Positions 1 through 9,817 of a stretch of DNA of 64,000 nucleotides are shown here, in pieces. A program made the position numbers and the translations under genes. The stretch is from Candidatus Altimarinota bacterium (GTDB lineage Bacteria; Patescibacteriota; Gracilibacteria; UBA4473): positions 576,001 through 640,000 of the forward strand of contig OZ246423.1 of assembly GCA_965231215.1 (NCBI GenBank), read 5' to 3'. The stretch's first letter is position 1. Each line of letters starts with the position of its first letter. The notes beneath the pieces are model-generated. The model ran no database searches, had not been told where the DNA came from, and saw only the letters and a program-made list of their open reading frames with translations.

Positions 1-1491
1 CAAACCCTCGCTAATGTTTTCCTCGCCATGGAACACGGTTTAGAAGTAATTCCCGTGTTAAACAAAATTGATCTCCCTGCCGCAGAGCCAGAACGCCGAG
101 CCCAAGAAATTGAAAATGTTTTGGGATTCAAAGCCGAAGAAATTTTATCAGTTTCGGCTAAAGATGGAACTAATGTAGATACCCTTTTAGACACTATTGT
201 AGAAAAAATTCCAGCACCAGACAATAACCAAGTATTCCAGCATAAGGATGTATTTGCCGATAGCAGTGAAACTAAGGCCCTTATTTTTGATTCTACCTTT
301 GATACCTACCGAGGGGTCGTCTGTTCAGTACGGGTTTTCGGAGGCGCCATTAAAAAGGGAGAAAAACTTAAACTCCTGCGAACTAATCGTGAAATTGAGG
401 CTCTAGAAGTGGGATACCTAAACCCTAAATACAATGCTACCCCAAGCCTTAAACGAGGGGAAGTGGGATATATCGTTACCGGGCTTAAAAATGTAGTAGA
501 TGCCCGAGTTGGCGAAACTATTTATCACGGGAAAAACCAAGAAAAAACACTCCCCTTGCCAGGATACAGTGAAGTAACGCCTTTTGTATATGCTGGAATT
601 TTCCCCACATCGGGCGATGATTTTTCACTCCTGCGGAAGGCTCTAGAAAAACTTTCACTTAACGACGCCTCACTCAAATACGACCCAGAAAATTCATCCG
701 CTCTAGGACATGGATTTCGGGTTGGATTTCTAGGATTGCTGCATCTAGACATTGTGCAAGAACGCTTAGAGCGCGAATTTGATCTGGATATTTTAGTAAC
801 CGCCCCTTCAGTTTTTTATGAAATTGAACTCACAGATAACACCAAAACCATAATCTCCAACCCTGGAGAACTCCCAGAAAAAACACTCTATAACACCATT
901 GCCGAACCCTGGATGAAGATCAATATTTTATGTCCTTCAGACCAAATTGGAGGGATTATGAAGCTCTGTACAGACCGGCGAGGCCTTTCTACTAACATTC
1001 AATACACGACAGAAAACCGGGTAGAAATGCATTTTGAAATTCCGCTCGCCTCAATCGTTACAGATTTCTACGACGACTTAAAATCCATCTCTTCTGGCTA
1101 CGCCTCTATGAGCTACGAACCCATAGGCCTACGTGAAGGGGCTCTCGTACGCTTAGACATTTTAGTTGCCGGTGATCGAGTCGATGCCCTCAGTCAAATT
1201 GTACACAAAGATGACGCCTACAATATTGGAATAAAATGGTGTGAAAAACTCAAAGAAATCATTCCAAAAGCGCAATTCGCCATCGCTATCCAAGCCGCTG
1301 TTGGAGCCAAAATCATCGCCCGTGAAACCATTCCTGCCCTACGCAAAGATGTAACCGCCAAGCTCTACGGAGGAGACGTCAGCCGAAAGAAAAAACTGCT
1401 CAAAAAACAAAAAGAAGGGAAAAAACGACTCAAGCAATTTGGATCAGTAACTATTCCACAAGCAGCTTTCTTCGCCATGATGAAGAAATAA
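1..1491 (+). CDS. lepA: Elongation factor 4 (LepA), 5' end outside window
   Basis: NKID GTPase motif, GFRVGFLGLLH, C-terminal RKDVTAKLYGGDVSRKKKLL; frame open to position 1. Confidence 0.97.
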   Translation, partial: QTLANVFLAMEHGLEVIPVLNKIDLPAAEPERRAQEIENVLGFKAEEILSVSAKDGTNVDTLLDTIVEKIPAPDNNQVFQHKDVFADSSETKALIFDSTFDTYRGVVCSVRVFGGAIKKGEKLKLLRTNREIEALEVGYLNPKYNATPSLKRGEVGYIVTGLKNVVDARVGETIYHGKNQEKTLPLPGYSEVTPFVYAGIFPTSGDDFSLLRKALEKLSLNDASLKYDPENSSALGHGFRVGFLGLLHLDIVQERLEREFDLDILVTAPSVFYEIELTDNTKTIISNPGELPEKTLYNTIAEPWMKINILCPSDQIGGIMKLCTDRRGLSTNIQYTTENRVEMHFEIPLASIVTDFYDDLKSISSGYASMSYEPIGLREGALVRLDILVAGDRVDALSQIVHKDDAYNIGIKWCEKLKEIIPKAQFAIAIQAAVGAKIIARETIPALRKDVTAKLYGGDVSRKKKLLKKQKEGKKRLKQFGSVTIPQAAFFAMMKK

Positions 1492-1563
1492 CAAAAACTT
1501 TAAAAAGTGTTATATTTGCATAAATTATAGATTTATCAATTTTTTTGAGGTATAATAGTAGTA

Positions 1564-1815
1564 ATGGAAAAAGTAGCAGAGCAAATAGAAATGAATTTTG
1601 AGCCAGTTCAGCCAGGCGAAACTAGTCCGCCTGATAAAGAGGAGTTGGAACAGGCTTTGGCCAACTATGACAGACTAGACGACCAATGGGACAAATTAAA
1701 CCCAGGAAGAGATCAAAGAGAAATGGCGGAACTAAGAGCACAAATGGAATCTATATTAAAGGAAATTGGGATCACTACTAGGATAGAATTAGGAAAAAGG
1801 GCAAAAGAGTTTTAA
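1564..1815 (+). CDS. Hypothetical 83-aa acidic/helical protein
   Basis: ORF fills the gap, TATAAT just upstream; no recognisable family. Confidence 0.6.
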   Translation: MEKVAEQIEMNFEPVQPGETSPPDKEELEQALANYDRLDDQWDKLNPGRDQREMAELRAQMESILKEIGITTRIELGKRAKEF

Positions 1816-1875
1816 CAAAAATTTTAAAACCTAGCATATTTAATTTAGTATTTGTTTGATATTAAATTTTTCAAT

Positions 1876-2631
1876 ATGGAATTGTTCTTTTTATTACCGG
1901 TAATCGTTATTTTAATGGTAGTTTTCCTTCGCCAGGTAAACCAATATGAGCGAGGCGTTCTTTTTACGCTAGGACGTTTTAGCGGTATAAAAGATCCAGG
2001 ATGGAGAATTGTTATTCCTGTTTTTCAATCAATGACAAAGGTCGACATCAGAACCAAAGCCGTAGATGTACCAGACCAAGAAGCCATTACCAAGGATAAT
2101 ATTCCTGTACGAATAAACGCAGTAGTCTACTACAAAATCCAAGACGCTGCTAAATCTATTTTAGAAGTAGAAAACTTCTTTTGGGCTACCTCACAAGTAG
2201 CACAAACCACGATGCGAAACGCCGTAGGAGAAGTAACGCTTGATGAGCTACTTCAAAAAAGAGCTTCCATTGCCGAAAAAATAAAAGTCACTGTGGACAA
2301 GATCACCGACCCTTGGGGCATCGATGTGGAATCAGTGGAACTGAAAGACGTCATTATCCCAGAAGGCCTTAAACGAACTATTTCTAAAGAAGCTGAAGCC
2401 GAACGTGAAAAAAGATCCGTTATTATCAAAGCGGAAGGAGAAAAAATCGCCGCCGAAAACCTTACCGCCGCCGCTAAAATGCTGGGGGAAGCGAATGGAG
2501 CCCTACACCTAAGAACACTACAATCAATTAACGATCTGAGCTCTGACCAATCCAATACCACTATCTGGATGGTACCAGTAGAAGGGTTCGCCGCGCTCAA
2601 AGGGTTAGCAGAAAAACTCGGGAAAAATTAA
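1876..2631 (+). CDS. SPFH/band 7 (slipin/stomatin-like) membrane protein
   Basis: N-terminal TM, QYERGVLFTLG, AITKDNIPVRINAVVYY, QTTMRNAVG, EAEAEREKR; ATG at 1876 preferred. Confidence 0.92.
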   Translation: MELFFLLPVIVILMVVFLRQVNQYERGVLFTLGRFSGIKDPGWRIVIPVFQSMTKVDIRTKAVDVPDQEAITKDNIPVRINAVVYYKIQDAAKSILEVENFFWATSQVAQTTMRNAVGEVTLDELLQKRASIAEKIKVTVDKITDPWGIDVESVELKDVIIPEGLKRTISKEAEAEREKRSVIIKAEGEKIAAENLTAAAKMLGEANGALHLRTLQSINDLSSDQSNTTIWMVPVEGFAALKGLAEKLGKN

Positions 2632-2796
2632 TTTTCCTTTTTAAACTCTCCCCTCATCAGGGGGGGGAGAAGGGAAAGGCAAATAATATTTCTAATATGA
2701 AATGAACTTAGAAGGTTTAGAAACTCTTTATTAGGCTGGCCTTTTTTTGCCTTCTTTTTGGCCACACAAAAAATGAACAGGTATAATCAAACTGTT

Positions 2797-4089
2797 ATGA
2801 ACGAACTTTTCCAAATACTTTCCCCTGATAATCACATCTATCAGTTTTTACTGGCAGTATTGTTAGGCGCCTTTGTTGGTCTGCGACGGGAACTAGAAGC
2901 TCAGAATAAAAAAAAGGAAAGCTTCATGGGCTTCAGAACCATGTCGCTTATGTCTTCCCTCGGAGTCGTTTCTACCTTTTTCCCAGAAATGCCCTACCTC
3001 CCAGCAGTCTGTTTTGTGGGGCTCCTAATGTTTTTAGGAATTGCCTATGCCAATGGAACCTTTCGTTTGAAATTAATAGGAATGACCTCAGAAATTTCGG
3101 CTCTTTTTATGTTTTGGGTTGGAGTTTTAATAGGCTATGAACAACAAGTTTTGGCAGTTATATTAACAGTTTTTATCGGGAGTCTAAATGCGTTCAAAGA
3201 AGAACTTCACCACTTTGCCGGAACCATTAGCCCCAAGGAATGGTCCGGGGCGTTACAACTTTTAATACTCTCTGGAGCTGTCTTGCCCTTCCTCCCACAA
3301 CAGCCAGTAGATCCTTGGGGGGTGTTAGTCCCTTTCAATATATGGTTTCTGGTAATACTGATTTCGGCGATTGGGTTCTTGGGGTACTTCTCTACCAAAT
3401 ATATGGGCGTCAAAGGCGGTATTCCTTTGGTCGCTTTTTTAGGGTCTATTGTGTCCAGTACAGCCGTAACCACCTCACTGGCCGACCAGTCTAAACGATC
3501 AAAATTAACCGGCATTTTTACTGTGGGAATTTTGTTAGCCGTGGCCACTATGAATATTCGAGTAGCAGCAGAAATTATTTTTTGGGGAACTCCCGCAATG
3601 ATTCAGAGCTTGGTTTTTATCCCTTTGTTTATGTTTTTTGCGGGACTAGTTGCGGCCAGTTATTTTTTTCACGAAACCAATAAAAAACATCAATTTAGTA
3701 CCAAAACTAAAGGCATGACCTCTGAACTTCACCTCCAAAGCCCTTTTGAAATTGTGCCAGCCCTTAAATTTGGAGGGATTTTCGTTGTGGTGCTTATAGC
3801 CCTAGCCTTAGGGCAAAAATACTTGGGAGACTCTGGCGTTTATGCCGCCGCATTCTTTTCCGGATTTGTAGATGTAGATGCGATTGTGCTTTCGACTCTG
3901 GAATCCGTAAAGTTAGGAGAAATGCCACAGCCTCTAGCTGAGCGAGCCATAATTTTAGCCGTGATGGTAAATAATGCCGTAAAAATTCTGTATGTAGCTA
4001 TTTTAGGAGGACGAAAACTGGTGGCCAAAGTATCAATGGGAATTGGTTTCACTATTGCCGCTGGATTTGTAGCGGTGTTTTTGTTTTAA
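2797..4089 (+). CDS. MgtC/SapB + DUF4010 multi-pass membrane protein
   Basis: LLGAFVGLRRE...GFRT MgtC motif; GSIVSSTAVT and GFVDVDAI DUF4010-type motifs. Confidence 0.85.
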   Translation: MNELFQILSPDNHIYQFLLAVLLGAFVGLRRELEAQNKKKESFMGFRTMSLMSSLGVVSTFFPEMPYLPAVCFVGLLMFLGIAYANGTFRLKLIGMTSEISALFMFWVGVLIGYEQQVLAVILTVFIGSLNAFKEELHHFAGTISPKEWSGALQLLILSGAVLPFLPQQPVDPWGVLVPFNIWFLVILISAIGFLGYFSTKYMGVKGGIPLVAFLGSIVSSTAVTTSLADQSKRSKLTGIFTVGILLAVATMNIRVAAEIIFWGTPAMIQSLVFIPLFMFFAGLVAASYFFHETNKKHQFSTKTKGMTSELHLQSPFEIVPALKFGGIFVVVLIALALGQKYLGDSGVYAAAFFSGFVDVDAIVLSTLESVKLGEMPQPLAERAIILAVMVNNAVKILYVAILGGRKLVAKVSMGIGFTIAAGFVAVFLF

Positions 4090-4109
4090 ACATTTTCTGT
4101 AAAAACTTA

Positions 4110-4138
4110 TTTACAAAGTTTGGCTTCAGGCTTATATT
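4110..4138 (+). promoter_or_regulatory. Sigma70-type promoter of the T-box/ileS leader
   Basis: TTTACA (4110-4115), 17-nt spacer, TATATT (4133-4138). Confidence 0.55.
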
Positions 4139-4164
4139 CGCCATAAGTTCTTTTTTAAAATAAA

Positions 4165-4354
4165 TTCTGTTGAGCGGTTATCACCCGCAATCTTGCCAGG
4201 CAAGACAGAAGCTGGAAGAAATTAACCTTAGTTAAAACTAGAACCAGCCGGATTTTTGGAAACTTTTCCCGTCAGAAAAAAAATAAAGCAAAACGCAGAG
4301 TTGGTACCGTCCAAATTTTGGACACTCGCACGAATATTTTTATTCGTCCTTTTT
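4165..4354 (+). promoter_or_regulatory. Ile T-box riboswitch (short Stem I type) with terminator
   Basis: Antiterminator GAGT-TGGTACC-GTCC-aaatttt-GGAC-ACTC (4298-4328); Stem II GCTGG-AAGAA...CTAGAA-CCAGC; CCCGTCA stem IIA/B motif; ATC specifier at 4180-4182 in a GCGG/CCGC hairpin loop; directly upstream of ileS. Confidence 0.88.
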
Positions 4355-7300
4355 ATGAACCAAAAATTCTTCTCGACTCCAGATCCAAAAACTTCAGTAG
4401 ATGAAGTAGAACAAAATATTCTTGAATTTTGGAACAAAAAAAACATCTTCCAGCAATCTATAGATAGCCGCGATCCAAATAAAGAATTTGTGTTTTTTGA
4501 TGGGCCTCCGTTCGCTACTGGAACGCCTCATTACGGGCACATCTTGGCTGGAACTATCAAAGACGCCATCCCCAGGTACTGGACCATGAAAGGCTACCGC
4601 GTCCCCCGAAAGTGGGGATGGGACTGTCACGGAGTACCCGTTGAATACGGAGTAGAAAAGGAACACGGCATCAAAGGAAAACCTGAAATTGAAGAAATGG
4701 GAGTCGCTAAGTTTAATGAAATGTGTCGCGACGTGGTCCTTAGATACGCCAATGAATGGGAAGCTACCGTCGACCGAATGGGACGATTCGTAGACTTCAA
4801 AGACGATTACAAAACGATGGATCCAGAATTTATGGAATCCGTCTGGTGGGTCTTTAAATCTTTGTGGGACAAAGGGCTTATTTATGAAGGACACAAAGTT
4901 GTGGCTTACAGCCCAAAGCTTGGAAGTCCTCTTTCTAACTTTGAAGCCAATCTCAATTACCAAGACATTGATGACCCGGCTGTAACCGTAAAATTTGAAC
5001 TCATAGACGAAGTAGAGGTAAAACCAGTTCATGACAAAAAAACCTACATCCTTGCGTGGACTACAACCCCCTGGACACTGCCTAGCAACTGTGGCCTCGG
5101 GATGGGAAGAGATCATGAATATATTTTGATTGAACATGAAGGAGAATACTTTTGGATTGCTGAAGGAGCGGCCACGAGATACTTCCCAGAAGATTTTGAA
5201 GTCCTCGCACGACGCAAAGGATCAGAATTTAAAGGGCTCAGATACAGACCCCTCTTTGATTTTTTTGATGATGGCAGCGACCCCAATCGGTTTCAAGTTA
5301 TCCACGATGACGGAGATTATGTATCGCTTCAAGAAGGGACTGGGATAGTGCACTTTGCTCCATTTTTTGGAGCCGAAGACGCTGAGCTCTGTGCTAAATA
5401 CGACATTCATGGAGTAAACCCCATCAACGATGATGGATACTTTACCGAGGCCGCTCCACCGCTAGAAGGAAAATATTTCCGTGAAGATTCCGAAGTTGAA
5501 GGATCAAAAGAAAATAATGCTAATATGTGGGTGATCAACGCCCTTAAAGAATCTGGCCTTCTTTTTCGAAGAGACCAGGTGCGGCACTCTTATCCTCACT
5601 GTTGGCGAACCGATTGTGCACTGATGTATCGTGGGGTAACCACTTGGTTTGTAAAGGTAACCGACTTCAAAGATGACATGATGACCCAAAATCAAAACAT
5701 TAACTGGACTCCAGAACACATCAAAAACGGTCGTTTTGGGAAAATCCTTGAAGGAGCACCAGACTGGGCCATTTCCAGAAACCGATACTGGGGATGTCCA
5801 CTCCCTATCTGGCGATGTGACAAAACTGGAGTTATTGAAGTTATGGGATCTAAAGAAGATTTAGAAAAAAAAGCCGGAGTTTCGGTTTCAGACCTGCACC
5901 GACATTTTATTGATGACCTCACCTGGGAAAATCCCAAAACCGGGGGTACGATGAGACGAATTGAAGAGGTCTTAGATTGTTGGTTTGAGTCTGGTTCTAT
6001 GCCCTACGCCTCAATCCATTACCCATTTTGTGAAAGTGGGAAATATGAATTACAAAGTGCGAAATCCAAAGAAGAAAAAGAAAAGTGTTGGGAGTTTTTT
6101 GTGAAGATGTGGAAAGGTGAATTTGGTTTTGAAATCGATACACCAGAAAGGAAAGAAAACTTCATGGAGGTTTCTAAAACGTGGTACGTAGAAGAAGATA
6201 AAAAACTGTTGGGATCGCTTGAACTCTACTGGGAAAAAACCAATAAATGTTGGAATATTGGTCGTATTGGAGTCATTAAAGACGAACGCAGAACAGGCAT
6301 TGGAACAGCTCTCATGGAAGCAGCTGAAACGTTTTTACAACAAGAAAACCAAACAGAAACAAGCCTTAATGGAGAACAAAAAAGTGCTGGATTTTATGAA
6401 AAATTAGGGTTTGAAAAGATTTCTGAATTTGAACCAGCCGACAAAAACCCTGAAGTCTTAGCTGCCAAATTTACAAAAAAACTATCAACTATCAACCATC
6501 AACCAACCACCTTCCGAACTGCCAATTTCATTTCTGAAGGCATGGATCAGACTCGTGGATGGTTTTACACCCTTCACGTACTCGGGACGGCACTCTTTGG
6601 AAAAAATATTTTTGATAACGTTATCTGTAGTGGAATCGTTCTGGCCGAAGACGGACAAAAAATGTCTAAGTCAAAGAAAAACTACCCAGATCCAAGCCTT
6701 ATTTTTGAAAAATACGGTGCCGATTCAATGCGATTTTATCTCCTACAGTCCCCGGTAGCGACTAAAGGAGAAAGCCTTAAATTTATTGAACGTGAAGTTG
6801 AAGAAGTCCTCAAAAATACCGTACTCCCACTTAAAAATGCCTACCAATTTCTTTCTATGTACGCTGAAATTGACCGATGGTCTCCCACTAAATTTACCTG
6901 GATGAGACATGGAGAAGCCATGCACAATGTAAACCAAACCTACGCGGGAAAAGAAGAAAACTGCAAAGGACTCACAGACACCGGGAAGGCGCAAGCCGAA
7001 AGTCTAAAAGAAATAGTGACTGATTTTGATCACTTAGTAGCTTCGCCCCTTCCAAGAGCTCAAGAAACAGCCACTATTGTAGGGGAGAAATTTGAAACCG
7101 ACGACCGACTCAGAGAAATCAATTTTGGAAATCTTGAAGGTACCCCGTGGAAACCTATTCCAGAAAGACTAGCCAACGACACTACCGAAAACCTAGACGA
7201 GACTCAAACCCGAGCCGAATCTATCATGCACGATTTGAATAAAAGCCATTATGGACAACACATTGGTTTAGTCACTCATGCAGCCCTGATTAGATGTGCC

Positions 7301-8452
7301 CAAACAGGACACCTTTTTGGACACAAAACCAAAGAAGAGCACCTTCCATTTCCACAAATCAGAACCGGAATGTCTCAAATTGTTTTCCCCTTACCACAAA
7401 CCGAAAACGAGCTCGATAAGTGGATTCTTTCTGAAACCCAAACTCTCATCAAAGCCTATACCAAGGCCTTTGATGCCTACGACACAGAAAAAACCTGTCA
7501 CCTACTGCCCCCATTTATTGATAAACTCAATAACTGGTACCTCCGTCAGTCACGAGAACGGTTCTGGGGTGAGGGCCTGAGTGAAGACAAGCGTGGTGCG
7601 TATGAAACCCTCCATTACGTACTTTTAAATGTAAGTAAATTGATGGCCCCAATTATGCCATTCTTTGCCGATCACCTGTACCGAAACCTCACAAACGAAC
7701 CAAACAGATCTGTACACTTAGAATTCCTACCGCTGGCCAATGATCAATTGGTAGACAAAGATTTAGAAAAAAGAATCGATACTGCCAGGGAAATCGTAAA
7801 GTTATCTGCCGCTATCAGAGCCCGAAGCAAAATCAAACTTAGACAACCGCTAGGAAAACTACAATTTGCACTGAGCGAAGAGATCCAAGTAGACCCCTCT
7901 ATCATAGCTCGGGAAGCGAATGTAAAAGAAGTAGAAGTCCTCAAATCCACTGAAGGTGTCGCCGAAAAAATCATTAAAGTAGACGCCCGAAAAGTAGGCC
8001 CAAAGTTTGGTAAAAAAGTGCAAGAACTCATCCAAGCGGGTAAATCTGGAGACTTTGAAATACTCGAAAACGGAAAAGTTCAAGTCGCCGGAGAGATACT
8101 AGAAGCCGACGAATACGAAACCGCATTCATGTGTGAAGAAGGCTTAGAGGCCGATAGCACCCCCCAAGTAGTCGTCCTCCTCAATACTGAAATTACGCCT
8201 GAACTTGAACTCGAAGGACTAAGCCGGGAGTTTATCCGCGCTATCCAAGAACTTCGAAAATCCTCTGGATTTGAAGTCTCTGACCGAATTGAAATCACCT
8301 ATCAAACCTCCTCTGAAAAGCTACAAAAAATGATCAATAAATTCGCTGATCACATCGCTGGCGAAGTTCTCGCCAACAGTATTTCTGAAGGCCGTGGTGA
8401 TCAAGAGTATAACTTTGATGGAGCCCTTATTTCTATCTCTATTTTTAGATAA
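4355..8452 (+). CDS. ileS: Isoleucine--tRNA ligase (type 2) with inserted GNAT and histidine-phosphatase domains
   Basis: DGPPFATGTPHYGH, GWDCHG, AWTTTPWTLPSN, DWAISRNRYWG, DQTRGWFY, KMSKS; start moved to ATG 4355 because the upstream extension is the T-box. Confidence 0.96.
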   Translation: MNQKFFSTPDPKTSVDEVEQNILEFWNKKNIFQQSIDSRDPNKEFVFFDGPPFATGTPHYGHILAGTIKDAIPRYWTMKGYRVPRKWGWDCHGVPVEYGVEKEHGIKGKPEIEEMGVAKFNEMCRDVVLRYANEWEATVDRMGRFVDFKDDYKTMDPEFMESVWWVFKSLWDKGLIYEGHKVVAYSPKLGSPLSNFEANLNYQDIDDPAVTVKFELIDEVEVKPVHDKKTYILAWTTTPWTLPSNCGLGMGRDHEYILIEHEGEYFWIAEGAATRYFPEDFEVLARRKGSEFKGLRYRPLFDFFDDGSDPNRFQVIHDDGDYVSLQEGTGIVHFAPFFGAEDAELCAKYDIHGVNPINDDGYFTEAAPPLEGKYFREDSEVEGSKENNANMWVINALKESGLLFRRDQVRHSYPHCWRTDCALMYRGVTTWFVKVTDFKDDMMTQNQNINWTPEHIKNGRFGKILEGAPDWAISRNRYWGCPLPIWRCDKTGVIEVMGSKEDLEKKAGVSVSDLHRHFIDDLTWENPKTGGTMRRIEEVLDCWFESGSMPYASIHYPFCESGKYELQSAKSKEEKEKCWEFFVKMWKGEFGFEIDTPERKENFMEVSKTWYVEEDKKLLGSLELYWEKTNKCWNIGRIGVIKDERRTGIGTALMEAAETFLQQENQTETSLNGEQKSAGFYEKLGFEKISEFEPADKNPEVLAAKFTKKLSTINHQPTTFRTANFISEGMDQTRGWFYTLHVLGTALFGKNIFDNVICSGIVLAEDGQKMSKSKKNYPDPSLIFEKYGADSMRFYLLQSPVATKGESLKFIEREVEEVLKNTVLPLKNAYQFLSMYAEIDRWSPTKFTWMRHGEAMHNVNQTYAGKEENCKGLTDTGKAQAESLKEIVTDFDHLVASPLPRAQETATIVGEKFETDDRLREINFGNLEGTPWKPIPERLANDTTENLDETQTRAESIMHDLNKSHYGQHIGLVTHAALIRCAQTGHLFGHKTKEEHLPFPQIRTGMSQIVFPLPQTENELDKWILSETQTLIKAYTKAFDAYDTEKTCHLLPPFIDKLNNWYLRQSRERFWGEGLSEDKRGAYETLHYVLLNVSKLMAPIMPFFADHLYRNLTNEPNRSVHLEFLPLANDQLVDKDLEKRIDTAREIVKLSAAIRARSKIKLRQPLGKLQFALSEEIQVDPSIIAREANVKEVEVLKSTEGVAEKIIKVDARKVGPKFGKKVQELIQAGKSGDFEILENGKVQVAGEILEADEYETAFMCEEGLEADSTPQVVVLLNTEITPELELEGLSREFIRAIQELRKSSGFEVSDRIEITYQTSSEKLQKMINKFADHIAGEVLANSISEGRGDQEYNFDGALISISIFR

Positions 8453-8453
8453 C

Positions 8454-8861
8454 ATGAAGCCTAAAATTTCTGTTATCAGTCTCGGAGTAACCGATCTCCC
8501 AACCAGTATTAAATTCTACCAAAATTTAGGATTTGAACTGGCTCTAGAGGAAAATTTAGACAGTATCGCCTTCTTTAAATTATCAAATCAAGCCATGCTA
8601 CTAGGGCTTTATCCACGTGAAAAACTAGCGGAAGATGCCATGATTCCAAATGATGGAAATGGATTTCCTGGTTTTACTATCGCTCATAATGTGAAAGATG
8701 AAGCCACCGTTGATGCGGTGCTAAAAGAAGCCGAATCCTGTGGAGCTACCATCATTAAACCAGGGCAAAAAGTTTTTTGGGGGGGCTATTCTGGATACTT
8801 TAAAGACCTTGATGGCTTCCTCTGGGAAGTCGCTTTTAATCCTTATATGGATCTAACTTAA
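8454..8861 (+). CDS. VOC/glyoxalase family protein
   Basis: ISVISLGVTDL...FY, FWGGYSGYFKDLDGFLWEVAFNP. Confidence 0.9.
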   Translation: MKPKISVISLGVTDLPTSIKFYQNLGFELALEENLDSIAFFKLSNQAMLLGLYPREKLAEDAMIPNDGNGFPGFTIAHNVKDEATVDAVLKEAESCGATIIKPGQKVFWGGYSGYFKDLDGFLWEVAFNPYMDLT

Positions 8862-8865
8862 AAAT

Positions 8866-9309
8866 ATGTTTGAATCAGTTTTATGGGGCGTCAAAACTAT
8901 TGCTTGGTTCGACTTTTGGTCCATCGAGCATGTGCTCAGTGGAATATCGGCTGGAGACTCTGTAAAAAAACACCATGAACACAAGATCAAAAAACACAAA
9001 ACCGCCCTCCATCCCAAAATTCATTTTCACTTAGACGTTGTAGCCGTGCTTTTTTTAGCCTATCTCTGGGAAGCTATAGAACATTACTTAGAAGTAGGCG
9101 TAGCAGGAAAAGCGGTAGAACAGTGGTTTTACGGCGTAGAATTTTGGGGGAATAGACTTATTACTGACCCGCTACTAGTTGTAGGAGGCTATTTAATTGC
9201 CAAGCACTTTCCGGTCTGTGTCTGGCCTGCCAGAATTCTTTCTGTAACCTGGCTGTTTATACATATTTTCGTCTTCCCCCACTCAATGTACCTTCACGAA
9301 ATTTTCTAA
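8866..9309 (+). CDS. Conserved-looking membrane protein, possibly metal-binding
   Basis: DFWSIEH, LWEAIEH and NRLITD motifs within TM helices; operonic spacing. Confidence 0.7.
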   Translation: MFESVLWGVKTIAWFDFWSIEHVLSGISAGDSVKKHHEHKIKKHKTALHPKIHFHLDVVAVLFLAYLWEAIEHYLEVGVAGKAVEQWFYGVEFWGNRLITDPLLVVGGYLIAKHFPVCVWPARILSVTWLFIHIFVFPHSMYLHEIF

Positions 9310-9311
9310 CA

Positions 9312-9815
9312 ATGAGCGTCTATCAAGCACTACAACAATTTTTTAAAACTCATAAATTAGAATATGAGGAACTAAACCATGATCCATTTTTTTCCGCCAC
9401 TCAAGGAGAACAGTATTGTGAAAGTCACGGATTCCCCATCCCAAAAAATTTGGTTATGACCAATAAAACCCAAGACCAGTTTTGGATGATTACCGTCTGT
9501 GGAAATAAACGAACCGACCTTAATAAAATCAAAAAGAGGCTAGAAATATCTGGATCAAAATTTGTTTTTGCACCACCAGAATTTTTAGCAAAATTTTTGC
9601 GAGTTACCCCTGGATCTGCCTCTCCTTTTGGACTTCTTTTTGATACGGAAAAAAAGGTTCAACACTTTTTGGATCAAGATTTTAAAAAAGCTCAATATTA
9701 TGGATTTCACCCAAACCAAAATACGAAAACCTGGAAAATTTCACCAGATACATTTACACATTTTTTCGATTCAATTGATCGAAAAGTTCAATACTTAGAA
9801 ATTCCTGAAAAATAA
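9312..9815 (+). CDS. YbaK/ProX aminoacyl-tRNA editing domain protein
   Basis: PKNL lysine motif, VTPGSASPFG (GxxxP), FHPNQNTKT. Confidence 0.85.
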   Translation: MSVYQALQQFFKTHKLEYEELNHDPFFSATQGEQYCESHGFPIPKNLVMTNKTQDQFWMITVCGNKRTDLNKIKKRLEISGSKFVFAPPEFLAKFLRVTPGSASPFGLLFDTEKKVQHFLDQDFKKAQYYGFHPNQNTKTWKISPDTFTHFFDSIDRKVQYLEIPEK

Positions 9816-9817
9816 AC

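Noticed and set aside
2646-2675. TCTCCCCTC...GGGGGGGAGA palindrome as a REP element
   Set aside because: Single copy in the window; adequately explained as a 3' hairpin after the SPFH gene
4256-4354. N-terminal extension of IleRS in the ORF track
   Set aside because: It overlaps the T-box antiterminator and terminator; the likely start is ATG 4355
4394-5137. Long antisense ORFs (also 10273-10932, 57600-58094 and those inside the S-layer gene)
   Set aside because: Shadows of well-supported genes on the opposite strand, with no motifs
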